NCBI GenBank assembly: GCA_028534125.1 | Contig: CM052817.1 | Location: 82,462,001 to 82,526,000 of the forward strand | DNA from: Lama glama | Taxonomy: Eukaryota | Length of the DNA: 64,000 nucleotides | Direction of reading: 5' to 3' | Shown: in pieces, positions 38,500-50,036 of the stretch | Layout of the letters: the number at the start of each line of letters is the position of its first letter | How positions within the stretch are numbered: the first letter of the stretch is position 1 | The notes under the pieces: generated by a model | Seen by the model: the letters and a program-made list of their open reading frames with translations, nothing else | Told to the model about the DNA's origin: nothing | Databases searched by the model: none | Made by a program: the position numbers and the translations under genes

Positions 38500-39970
38500 T
38501 ATTTAGTTAACTAAATTTTATTGAAAGTTGTTAGTACTTGATTCTGCAAACTTTAAAATCCAACAATCTACAAAGCTCAGTATCTTTGGAATTTTCTAGA
38601 TGCTCTGTTCTAAATTTGTATTAATATCTATTTTTAAAACAGATAAGAATACCTTACCTTCAAAGAACTTATAATCCTGTACAGGAGATAGGGTAAGTGC
38701 AAAAAGGAAAAGTAAGGCTCAGGTACTCTAAAAGAGGTAGAGATGTGTGGAAGTTTAGAGAAAAGCATTTCCGCCCATTTTCAGAATTAGTGGAGCCTTT
38801 GTGGAGAATTTGGTATGTGAAGTTGGCTTTAAAGAACAGAATTTGGCCCTATGGAATATGATGAAAGAACCCATTCAAAAGACAGGAAAGAGTAAGGTAT
38901 TTATAGATATAGATAAAAATTTGACTTTCTAGCAGTCCCTATTATGTGAAGGAGAGAAAGTATTCCTAGAGATAGATTTTGAACAGATATTATTCATAGA
39001 GATGGACAGAAAGGGATGCAGGCTTTTGAGGCAGAACAATTAGGCTTTAATGCTAGTTGTGCCACTTCTCTTTCTATTATGTTGAAACAAACTGGTTCCT
39101 TTTTGGGGGTCATATATCTGGTCTATCTGAACAATAATATCTAATTCACTGTACTGTTGTGAGGAGAAACTGAAGGGAGACTACGTCAGAGAGTGAGAGT
39201 GAGAGGAAAGGAGAAAAGAGCTCTGTGCTCTCGCAGGCCAGGCTGAGAACTGGAGTTCCCTGATTTGCACACTGTAGTGTTGGGCAAATTAGCATCACGA
39301 GGCTTCAATTTACTCACCTTTTAAAGATCAAGAAGTGTACTCTGAAGGGTGCTGTGAAGATGTAATTAAATTAAGAACCAAGTAAATGCCCCATAAATCA
39401 TAGCTATTTTAGAAGTTTAACCTTCATAGGAAACTAGAAAACATAAAACATTTCAGAACAATGAGGTGATATGATCAGAGTTATACTTTAAGGAGATTTT
39501 TTTTTTCAAAAATGCACAGTTTATAATAAAATGAAAGTAAAATTAAAGGTAGGGAAAACAGAAAGTAGATTATATCAATTTCCAACTGTAAGTAAAAGGA
39601 GATCTCAATATGGTTAATGGTAGGTAAAGTACAAAGAACTAGATATATGTTATGAAATCAATGAGACTCAATAGTTGTAGGCTTTGCTCAAAAGGAATAG
39701 TTGGAATTCACTCCAAAATGTTGCACACAGTATTTTGAGAAGGTGCTAGTGGCACTGATTAAGTTAGAAACTCAAGAAGAGGATTAGGTTTAGAAAGAAA
39801 ATATATGAAAATATCGACATCATGATCTGAACAGGGAATGCAGGTAGGAACAAGAAAATGATCATGTAAAACATGTTTAGGGTGAAAGGATACATTTGAA
39901 AAAAAATATTTCATTGGAATATGTTTAAGAATATGAACACTGGCAATCTGAAGAGCAGATCTCAGATGTT
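38500..39970. mobile_element. Decayed L2 with nested MIRs
   Basis: ccttcaaagaacttataatc; ctgttgtgaggag; ggcttcaatttactcaccttttaaa. Confidence 0.55.
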
Positions 39971-39996
39971 GAAAATAAGTTCTTTCTTACTGCTAG

Positions 39997-40164
39997 AGGC
40001 TGACTTTTCAATTTCCTCTGACCAATATACGGACATTTATACAGGCTTTAAGTTACACATACACATCAAAATGCTTTTTGTTAGACAGCAAATGCCACTC
40101 AATGATTGTAATGCTGGGATCATACATTCATTTAATGATTCTTTGAATCCAAGTGGCTTTATTT
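39997..40164 (+). pseudogene. Exon remnant: end of S5, pore segment, S6
   Basis: 168 nt, phase 0-0, tgctag| and |gtaact. RLTFQFPLTNIRTFIQAL...VMLGSYIHLMIL*IQVALF. The LxF-8-TF spacing matches LLFGCSISDYRTF, and TF-to-LG is within one residue of PVLGSF. Single TGA at 40144. Confidence 0.75.
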
Positions 40165-41315
40165 GTAACTAACATTGTTTTTTAAAAATGAAAATGCATT
40201 TAATTCAAGAAATCTGTTTTATTTTATTTATCATATTTAGATTATTCTATAATATCAGGAATTTTCAATTTAAGCATTTCATTTTGGTAATTATCCTTTG
40301 ACTTAGTAATTCCTTACTTTCAGTTAACTTTACTTTGGTTAATTGCAATTGGAACTAGAAAGCTCTCACTTTGTTATAAAGTTAGTTTGGTGAACATTTG
40401 CCCCTGTTTCCAAATGTTACATGAATAGGAGACTGTCATTCCATTGTGGAGCTTTAGCTCAGCCACAGTTTGTTCCCAACACCACTCTTCCTCTGATTAA
40501 TTAATTTTTGATCAAATCAACGATTCTTTAAATTTCATAGTGCTTTAGAATTTTCAAAAGTTTTACACGCAAGATTTCATTTAATCCCATAATAATCCCT
40601 TTTTTCCTCTACACCTATATTTCCCCTCCCCTCTTCACTCTCTCACTGGTAACCACTAGTTTGTTCTCAGAACATGTTCACATTCTAACATTCTTTAACT
40701 TTACATTTGCAACTGATTCATATATTGCTATTAGTACATAAGGATTTAAAAAATGTAATAACAATAGGTTTAAGAAAATAGAAATGGACAAACCAGATGA
40801 AAAGATGAAGTCATTTAACAGAATAATAATGCATAAAATAATCCAATAGATGTTCTAGGACTAAAATAGGTAAGACCTGAAATTACTAACTTGGAGAGTG
40901 AGTTTAACAGATTGGATTTAGCAGAGGACAGGGTTACTAAACTAGAAGAAGAGTCATTAGAGCATATCTACATTGAAGGGAAAAAATACAGGAAAATAAG
41001 GGGCCCTGGAGGTGAGTGGACGCAAAGGATCTGAAGTGCCACATGGGAGATGCCTTATACCTTATCCATTAATAGCAGCTTCACATCCACAACTGTGTTT
41101 GTCAACCACGTAATATCCAGTATTTCTAGTGTGTTTAGTCTATTTATATATGTAGCTAAAAGTGTCTTTGGTGGAATAAATTGTGCAGAGATGTGATGCC
41201 ACTGATCATAGATTTGACAATACCATTGTTTGTTTACTTCTCACAATATCCTATAAACTCTCCTTTCATCAATTGTATGGATATCACCAATGGAAGTAAG
41301 TGAAACCATATTCTT

Positions 41316-44065
41316 TTCTTTTCCTTTTCATTTTTCAGTTTTATTAGGTGCATTTGTTATAATTTGACTGCACATATACAATACATTGCATATAAATACA
41401 TATATACAACATACTGCACATATTTTTAAAATTTACATATATGTACTGTTCATTGTTTCTAAGAATGTTTAGAGCTTTGGCTTTTTAAACTTATAGTGAT
41501 CAAAGGGATAAATCCAACTACAAAATAAAAATTAATTTAAAAAGATATATACACCCTGATATTAACAGCAACATTATTTATAATTGCCAAGATATGGAAA
41601 CATCCCAAGTACACATCAACAGATTAATGGATAAAGAAGATGCAGTACATATATACAATGGAACACAACTCACCCACAAAAAAGAAGGATACCTTGGCAT
41701 TTGCAGCCCTTCATTCACTTTCCTTTTTTTCACTTCAAAAACCAGAATTTTATAACTGGCATAAAAATTTACATTGCATCAAAAACAACAAAATACCTAG
41801 AAATAAACTTAACCAAGGAGGTTACCTATATCCTGAAAACCGTAAAACATTGAAGGAAATTGAAGATGATACAAAGAAGTGGAAAGATATCTTGTGCTCT
41901 TGGATTAGAAGAATCAACATTATCAAAATGGCCACAGTACCCAAAGCAATCTACAAGTCCAATGAAACCCTTGTGAAAATACTCATGACATGTTTCACGG
42001 AACTATAACAAACAATTCTGAAATATATATGGAACCATAAAAGACTCTGAACTGCCAAAGCAATCTTTTGTGGGTCTTTTATTTTTTTTCACATTCTTCT
42101 TTTTGTTCTATTTTCTTATGGTTTGATGACTAGAGAAGGTCCTTTATCATTTGCTGTAAAGCTGGTTTGGTGGTGCTGAAATCTTTTAGCTTTTGTTTAT
42201 CTGAAGCTTTTGATTTCACCAAGTCTGAGAGCTTTGCTGGATAGAGTATTCTTGGTTGTAAGTTTTCCTCTTTCATCACTGTAAATATATTGTGTCACTC
42301 CCTTCTGGCCTGTAGAGTTTTTGCTGAAAAATCAGCTGATAACCTTATGGGAATTCCTTTGCATGTTATTTGTTGCTTTTCTTTTGCTGATTTTAATATT
42401 TTCTCCTTATCCTTAATTGTCAATTTGATTACTCTTTGCCTTGGTGTGTTCCTCTTTGGGTTGATTCTGTTGGTACTCTTCTGTGCTTCCTGGACTTGGG
42501 TGACTGTTTCCTTTCCAAAGTTGGGGAAGTTTTAGGTTATTATCTCTCCAAAATTTTTCTCAGATCCTCTCTCTTCTCTTTCTGGGACCCTTGTGGTATT
42601 ATTGTGCTTCATGTCCCAGAGTTCTCTTAAACCGTCCTCATTTCTTTTCATTCTTCTTTTCTTTTCCTGTTCTGTAGTAGTCATTTCCACGAATCTGTCT
42701 TCTAGCTCACTGATCCATTCTCCTGCCTCATTTAATCTATTCTTGGTTCCTTCTAGTCTATTACTTCAGTGATTTTATTCTTCAACTCTGTTTGGATATT
42801 CTTTATATTTCCCAACTCTTTGCTAAAAACTTTGCTGTGTGCATCTGTACTCCTCTTGGGTTCTCGGAACATCTTCGCCATCATTTCTTTAAACTCTTCT
42901 CAGATAAATTGCCTATCTCCTCATCACTTCCTTCTTCTGGGATTTTATCTTGTCCTTGGTCTGGGAGATATTTCTCTGCTGCCTCATATTGTCTATCTTT
43001 CTATTTGTATTTTTAGGTAGGTTAGTTATGTTTCTTGACCTTGGAGAAGTGGCTCTCTGAGGGGGACGTCCTATGCGTCCCAGCAGTACACTCCTCTCTT
43101 GTCACCCAAGGGCCAGGGTCCAGCCGGTCTCAGTGTAGAGTCTGGCCTGTGTTTGTGGATACCTTCCACAGGTTTTGGGATTGTTGTTTTCTTATTTCTG
43201 GTATCTGCCTCCTGGTGGATGAGGCTAGACTACAGACTTATGCAGATTTCCTGGCAGGAGGAGTTGGCACCTGCCTACTGCTGGGTGCAGCTTGGTCCTG
43301 GACCTCTGGTGGGTAGGGCTGTGTCTAGAGGCATTTGTGGCTCAGGAGGTCTGTTGATGGGTGGGGCTGTGTCCATCCAATATGTTGTTTGGCCTGAGGC
43401 TTCCTTACAGGCTGTTGGGTGGGGCTGGGTCTTGGAGCTAATGATCCAATCAAGATGTCAGCCTCTAGGAAAGCTCATGTAGATGAACACTCCTGGAATG
43501 TCTGCCACCAGCTTTTGTGTCCTCTGGGTGACCCGCAGCCATCCCCTACATCCCTAGGATATTTCCCAAAACCAGCAAGTAGGTTGGCACAGATTCCTAT
43601 GAAATCACTGCCTCTGCCCTTGGACCTGAACCACAAGATTCTGGGTACACTGCCCAAGAGAATGAAGTCTCTGTTTCCCCAGTCCAGTGGGGCTCCTGGA
43701 GCCAAGCCCTGCTGACCCTCAAAACCAGATGTCCTGGGTCTCCTCCTCCTTCCAAAGCCAGAGCCCTGGGCTGCGGAGCATGACGTGGGGCTTAGAACTC
43801 TGACTCCTGTTGGAGAGTTTCTGTGACTTAATTATTCTTCACTTAATTATTCTTCAGCTTGTGGGTCACCCACCCCGGAGTATGGGGCCCAATTATATCA
43901 TGAGAATGCCCCTCCTACTATCCCAGTGTGTTTCCCTCTATATGTTTCCAGTTGATCTTTTTTGCTAGGTTCTAGTCTTTTTCAATGATTGTTTAGCAGT
44001 AAGTTGTGGTTTTGTTGTAGTTGCAAGGAGAGGCGAGCTCCTAGTCCTACTACTCTGCCATCTTC
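41316..44065 (-). mobile_element. Chimeric L1-initiated retro-insertion (L1 5' UTR/ORF1, opposite-orientation L1 ORF2 pieces, unique 3' segment, A tail)
   Basis: L1 start gaagatggcagag at 44065. Plus-strand ORF2 remnant (KEIEDDTKKWKDILCSWIRRINIIKMA) at 41760-42066. AATAAA on minus near 41341. 15-bp TSD TGAAACCATATTCTT at 41301 and 44066. Confidence 0.8.
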
Positions 44066-44080
44066 TGAAACCATATTCTT

Positions 44081-44856
44081 TTTTTTTTTTTTTACATTTC
44101 TTATTGATTCATAATCATTTTACAGTGTTGTGTCAAATTCCAGTGTTCAGCACAATTTTTCAGTCATTCATGGACATATACACACTCATTGTCACATTTT
44201 TTTCTCTGTGATTTATNNNNNNNNNNNNNNNNNNNNNNNNNNNNNNNNNNNNNNNNNNNNNNNNNNNNNNNNNNNNNNNNNNNNNNNNNNNNNNNNNNNN
44301 NNNNNNNNNNNNNNNNNNNNNNNNNNNNNNNNNNNNNNNNNNNNNNNNNNNNNNNNNNNNNNNNNNNNNNNNNNNNNNNNNNNNNNNNNNNNNNNNNNNN
44401 NNNNNNNNNNNNNNNNNNNNNNNNNNNNNNNNNNNNNNNNNNNNNNNNNNNNNNNNNNNNNNNNNNNNNNNNNNNNNNNNNNNNNNNNNNNNNNNNNNNN
44501 NNNNNNNNNNNNNNNNNNNNNNNNNNNNNNNNNNNNNNNNNNNNNNNNNNNNNNNNNNNNNNNNNNNNNNNNNNNNNNNNNNNNNNNNNNNNNNNNNNNN
44601 NNNNNNNNNNNNNNNNNNNNNNNNNNNNNNNNNNNNNNNNNNNNNNNNNNNNNNNNNNNNNNNNNNNNNNNNNNNNNNNNNNNNNNNNNNNNNNNNNNNN
44701 NNNNNNNNNNNNNNNNTGTATGTCAGATAATGTTTTGCCTATGTTTTCCTCTAGGAGGTTTATTGTATCTTGTCTTATGTTTAAGTCTTTAATCCATTTT
44801 GAGTTGATTTTTGTATATGGTGTAAGGGTGTGTTCTAGCTTCATTGTTTTACATGC
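44081..44856 (-). mobile_element. Young L1, 5'-truncated, spanning the assembly gap
   Basis: Poly-T at 44081; ORF2 remnant [48 protein letters not shown] at 44066-44080 and 44857-44871. Confidence 0.9.
44217..44716. other. Assembly gap (500 N)
   Basis: Run of N. Confidence 1.
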
Positions 44857-45275
44857 TGAAACCATATTCTTGGTGAGATTTACACCAACTTCTTCTAAGA
44901 CCAACTTGGCCATGCTTTCAGGTTTTGTTTTAACTTGCTTCTACTTGATACAACAAACTTGATTTTAAAATAACGGTGTCTTATTGTAAAAGTGAGCTTT
45001 CTCTTTAACATCGTGTACTTATGCTTATCACTTTAATTCATAAATATTCTGCCTGAAAATTAAGAGCCTTATACAGAGTAATATTGAGAACTTGGAGAGG
45101 TCAGTACAGAAAATTTCAGGTTAAACATCAGATGCTCGTTTGGGCCCCTTAGCTCTGTTAATGGTCTCAAAGCAGTATTTGAACAAGACTTTTGCTTTAG
45201 TAGAGTGCCTTAGATCATTCCAAGTAAAAGATTGGATCAAAAGTTTCTACTAGCAAGATCAAGATCTTTTATTAG

Positions 45276-45462
45276 ACATTACCACCTACAACCATATGCA
45301 ACAATTTAGACTTTGCCAAAAGGATGTTTACAGTAACTGTGACATAAGTTACGTGTACTACTGAAACAATGGGGTTGTTTAAAACCATAAATCCATGAAA
45401 CAAATCAAACAAAGTGTTTTGGAGATATGTAGACACAGCTATGAATGTAGCCAAAGAATGAG
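45276..45462 (+). pseudogene. Exon remnant: post-S6 C-terminal tail
   Basis: ITTYNHMQQ starts at 45278. With the preceding VALF it resembles AVILSAYEEMKQ, although the nearest AG is 2 nt out of frame. Several stops and frameshifts; ends phase 1, compatible with 45786. Confidence 0.55.
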
Positions 45463-45785
45463 GTCAATATGTGGTTACATTGCCTTCATGATAAAATATT
45501 TAATGTTTCTCTACACAAACTACTTCAAAGGAATATATACTCATGTTTTACGCTAGTTATTAAAACAAACAGTAACTTGGGTTCTAGTTGTTTCTTCTTC
45601 CCTAATCTAATTTCCAAAACAGTGTTTGAGTTTCTTCATTTCCCTGGCTTAAAAGGAACTTATCTTTAGAGAGTGATAGGTAGAAATGTCTGAAACAAAA
45701 GCCTGTAGATCTGTGTGGATATGAAACAAAATAAAGTGGAAAAAAGCAAGTACTACTCTGACAGTTTTCTGTATAATGTCTTCAG

Positions 45786-45822
45786 GTGATGAACATATTG
45801 CTAATATGTCTGGAAAGGAAAA
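45786..45822 (+). pseudogene. Exon remnant: C-tail
   Basis: cttcag|GDEHIANMSGKE-AA|gtaagt; phase 1-2. Confidence 0.6.
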
Positions 45823-46264
45823 GTAAGTATAACTGAATCCTCAAAGTCATCCTTTAAAAAACACAAATTATTTAGAAAGTACAAAATGAAGTAACAGGCT
45901 GTTTTGTCTAAGTTTAGTGGCCTGAACCAGAGAACACTCTCTTCAAGAAATTGTTTCTTATTACATAGAAAAATACTTTGGTTTCCTTAGATTATTTTCC
46001 ATTACAAAAATCAAGAAATGTTTTTCTGAGCAGAATTTTTGACTTGTAATTAAAAAGTTAGTTTTAAAAATCTACTTATCAAAGACATATAAATGTTTCT
46101 ATCTGTGGACAAATTTTTGCATGTTCTTTGTAATAACTAATCTTCAGTTGATTCCTTGACTAGACCAGTGAGAAAGATAAGATTTTTATACTAATGCTGT
46201 GAGTAATTTATGGCAATTATATTCCTGGTAGAGAAAGCAAGGTGTAACTATATTCTGATTTTAG

Positions 46265-46329
46265 GAAAGGCTCTTCTTTAGAGAAAAATAAGTGTTAACA
46301 CATAAATACGAGATTCTACTACATTGAGC
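46265..46329 (+). pseudogene. Exon remnant: C-tail
   Basis: ttttag|KGSSLEKNKC*HINTRFYYIE-C|gtatgg; phase 2-1, matching both neighbours; TAA at 46296. Confidence 0.55.
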
Positions 46330-46849
46330 GTATGGTTGTATCCTTAATGGAAGAATTAAGACTGGTCCTATTAAAATACAACGCTATGTGTGTTCTGTAT
46401 GTTTGTTATTTATTAAAGTTTCAGGTAGTTGGATATTAAAATGGAATGTTTAGCACTCCTAAGAACACTTGCTTGGGAAAGATTCAGCAAGAGTTTGGAG
46501 AGAGGAAACTGAGACGGTGGTATGAGCCAGGACAAGCTGAACTGTGCCAATTAGCTGCTTTGAAAATGATCCCTTAGCTCAGAAATACTAATTCTGAGAT
46601 TAATCTAGTAAGTTATGTGGATTTGGAGATATGTGTGTTTATGCATTTGCACATGTTACTGTTTGGGTTTTTATTTAATAACTGTTACAAGCTCATGATA
46701 GAACATAAGGAAAATATAGAAAAAATAAACAAAAAACGTTCTACCTCATCTGGTAACCTATATTTCTTTCCAATTTTCTTTCTATTTATTTTTAAATCTT
46801 TTTTTTTAATTGTTATTACAAGATACAGGCTGTTTGATTTACAGCCCCC

Positions 46850-47120
46850 CTTGGTTTTTTTTTTTTAAGCTCTTTGGAATGGATTTAGATTTACAAAATA
46901 CTTCCATAGACAGTACAGAGCATCTGTCCTGCAGGCCTTTACCCATCTTCATCTAAAGTTAGCATCTTTATCTAATCATGGTACACTTGTTAAAAATAAG
47001 AGATGAGCAGTGGTGCAGTACTATTAACTGAACTACAGACCTTACTCAGATTTCACTCACTTTCCTGCTAATGAATTTTTACAGTTCCAGGATCCAACAC
47101 AGAATGCTACATTGAATTTA
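46850..47120 (-). mobile_element. Old L1M 3' end
   Basis: tttagatttaca..gatagtacagag-like motif; ctattaactgaactacagac..ttccaggatccaa. Confidence 0.65.
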
Positions 47121-47201
47121 ACCAACATTTTCTGTTTTTTAAAACCTAGCATCATATTGCTTTTGTATATGGCCATTTGCTTCTGTATACGGCCTTTTAA
47201 G

Positions 47202-47542
47202 ATGAAGACGCAGATGTGTGCTCAGAGGAAAGTGTACTGATTATAAAGCCAATAAGGGTCCCTAGGGAGACGACTGTTAGGATAGACGTGTTTAGAGAAA
47301 AAATAGTGAAAAATCTGATCTCCATTAAATGGAAGAACTAGGTTTAACATTCAGAAAGGAATATGCTTCAGTCAAATCGAAGATGATACAGAAAACTTGA
47401 TTATCTTCATGAAAAGGCTTAGAGAGCGCCAGAAAATGAACGCATTATTGGACGTTTGCAAATTCAGCTTGAGGATGAAAGAGAAATCTCATACTTATCC
47501 TGGGACGAACAACATGAGAGAACGAAGGATAAGGAAAGGAAT
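47202..47542 (+). pseudogene. Exon remnant: C-tail, coiled-coil-like
   Basis: ttttaag|EDADVCSEESVLIIKPIRVPRETTVRIDVFREKIVKNL, [fs] MEELGLTFRKEYASVKSKMIQK, [fs] LDYLHEKA*RAPENERIIGRLQIQLEDEREISYLSWDEQHERTKDKERN|gtacat. Confidence 0.55.
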
Positions 47543-47777
47543 GTACATTTTCCATTAAGGAGTTTAGTTTGCCTATACTCTAAAAATGTCACCTGCAACC
47601 ACTTAGAAATTAGGCTAGGAAGCATGTTAAACTGAATTAATGCCTTTGCTATAGTTTATCTCCAAAAGAAATTCTATTCTAAATCCCACATCAAGGATTC
47701 TAAACCTTTCCTCCAAAGTTTGTTTCATATCAAACCCTGTATTTTCATCAGAATACATTGTTTTATACTTTTCTAAG

Positions 47778-47841
47778 ATTAAGACAATTCAAGATGTAAA
47801 ATCCAGAAGGAAAACCATTTCTCCTAATCAAAGGGAAAAAG
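47778..47841 (+). pseudogene. Exon remnant (open frame): C-tail
   Basis: ttttctaag|IKTIQDVKSRRKTISPNQREK-G|gtaagt; phase 0-1. Confidence 0.6.
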
Positions 47842-47934
47842 GTAAGTATAACCACCTGGCAGAATTCATGTTCTACTTAAAAATTCAGGATCCTGATTTT
47901 AGAGTAAAATCAGTCAAACATGATTGTGTTGACT

Positions 47935-49430
47935 TTTTTTTTTTCCAGCAGAGTTTTGTACAGTTAACCACATAGAAAAAAAATCACACAAATCATAAAT
48001 ACACAGCTCAATGAATTATTACAAAGCAGAGACCTTTATGACCAAAGCCGTGTCAAGAAACAGCTTCATTTGTGCCACCTCCCAGTCAATAACCTCATTG
48101 CTTCCCAAAGTAAATTGCTATCCTGCCTTTGATAATTTGGTTGTTTTTGGAATTAATATAATTGGAATCACCCAAAATGTCTACTTAAGTGTCTATCCTT
48201 TCTCTAAATACTATGATTATGATACTCAGCTATGCTCTTGCGTACAGCTGTAATGAATTCATCGCCATTGCTCTGTAGTGTTAACATTTGATGACTATTT
48301 CTCTGCTCTTTTCCTAGTCTTCTATTATGAAATTTTGGATAGTTACCATTATCTGCTCTTAAATAGTACTGTGGGTATTCTGCATGTGTTTTGGTTTTAC
48401 ACGTGTATGCATTTCTGTTATTATGCACTTACTGGTGATATTTCTTGTTTCACACTGTGACTATGTTTAGCTTAGTAGAACATGTCAAACACTTTGCTGG
48501 AGGGAATGTACCAATTTATTCTTTCCTATACTATATAAAAACGCCTGTTGCTCCACACCACATTCATACCATCACTGGTATTGTTTTTATAATTTTCTAT
48601 TCCTGAGGGGATATAAACATGTTATTGTGCCTTTTCATGATGAGTAATGATGTTGGGCAAGTTTTCATGTGTTTAGTTTAGTGGCCAGTTGGATGCACTT
48701 TTAGTGAAATGATGCACAGTGAGTTCTTTAAATATCTTCTCCCTTGATAAGATTCTTTTCAATTTAACAATGTCTTCTGTAAATTGTATCAATCTTTTCC
48801 TTTATTTTTTTGTGTCCTCTTTAAGAAATCTTTCCTGATCCCAAGGTCAACAGTATATTCTTACATTAATGTCTAGAACCTTCCTAATTTTGTTTTTATA
48901 TTTAAACACAGTCCACTTGGAGTTTGTGTGTGTGTGGATATGTGTCATGTGTTTGCTTGTTTGTTCTCCATATGCATATCCAATTGACTGAGCATCATTT
49001 ATTGAAAGTACCTTTTTGCAGTGACATTTTGTCACAAATCAATTTTACGCATATGTGGCTTGTTGAAATATTTGAATATTCTTGTGGATTCATACAATTT
49101 TGTGTTGTCTAACATACCAAGTCCTTTCACTTCACAATTGTTCTTTAGTAGTGCCTTGGCTATTATTAAATCTTTGCATGTCCATAAAAATTTAGATAGG
49201 TTCTGCCAATTTCCACAAAAAGACCTTTTGATATATTGATTGTAATTACACTGAATCTATAAAATCAGTCAGGGAAGAATTATCATTATAATATTGCATC
49301 TCCAGATTATTTTGAATGCATGGCATATCCCTCATTTAGATTGTTTTAAAATTTGTTCTTAATACTATTGTGTAGTATTTTATATTGAAGTTTGATGCTT
49401 CTATTAGATTTAATAACAGCAATTTTATTA
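47935..49430 (-). mobile_element. Old L1ME-like fragment
   Basis: cacaaatcataaatacacagctcaatgaatt; atatccaattgactgagcatcatttattgaaa. Confidence 0.75.
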
Positions 49431-49981
49431 TCAAGGACATTTTAGATGGCCTGATTGACAGAAGAACATATTTCATAGTAGTGTTATTATCTGAAAGGAT
49501 CTTTACTTAAAAAAAAAAAAGGATGAGATGTGATGGTCAAGACCAAGTCACGGTGGTGGAACAAAATTAATGAAATGATAAGCCAAAGACTTCTCATAAA
49601 TTGGTTAGAAACTAACTGGTAGAATATAGAGTCAAGTCTTATTTGCTGACTGTAGAGGACAGAAGAAGAAACATTTCTAAAGCTACCTACCAAAGAGTAA
49701 AATGGAGCGAGATTAATATGCCACAATTTTTGGAACAAAGACTAATTTACATGGGTGAATGACTGCTGAAACTTTCCCTACTTTTAGAGACTCCAGGCCC
49801 TCTGCTCTCCATAGATACGTATCTCTTCATTTGGCAGTGAAATGATTTGCATGTTTAGAGCACTAGACAGCGTCTGAAATCACCCTTCCTCTGTTCTCAG
49901 TCTTGTTGAATTATGGAGGAATCAATTTTTAAATTTTACCTCCTTTCATTCAGTTGGTGATTTCTCATTTAATTGGTGATA

Positions 49982-50036
49982 TGTATTTGTGCTTTGTATA
50001 ATTAGGGACTGCATTTGTGCTTTGTATAATTGGGGA
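49982..50036. repeat. Tandem duplication, 28-bp period
   Basis: tg(t/c)atttgtgctttgtataatt(a/g)ggga occurs twice. Confidence 0.9.

Larger units (their letters stand above)
8604..47841 (+). pseudogene. Multi-exon polycystin-1-family (PKD1-like/PKDREJ-like, 11-TM) unitary pseudogene; the 5' part (REJ/GAIN) probably lies further upstream
   Basis: About 20 colinear exon remnants translate to GPS, PLAT, TM, TOP, S1-S6 and C-tail motifs in the right order. Many canonical AG/GT boundaries with compatible phases. Multiple in-frame stops and frameshifts. Family motifs recalled from memory. Confidence 0.85.

Noticed and set aside
39921..40172. 83-aa ORF as a small gene
   Set aside because: An alternative frame over the pore/S6 exon; the homologous reading is in a different frame.
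41640..43715. Cluster of 60-127 aa ORFs
   Set aside because: L1 ORF2 remnant and antisense frames of L1 ORF1/5' UTR, not host genes.
44130..44962. Three long ORFs (220-257 aa) in the ORF track
   Set aside because: Artefacts of the 500-N gap; the real flanks are L1 sequence.
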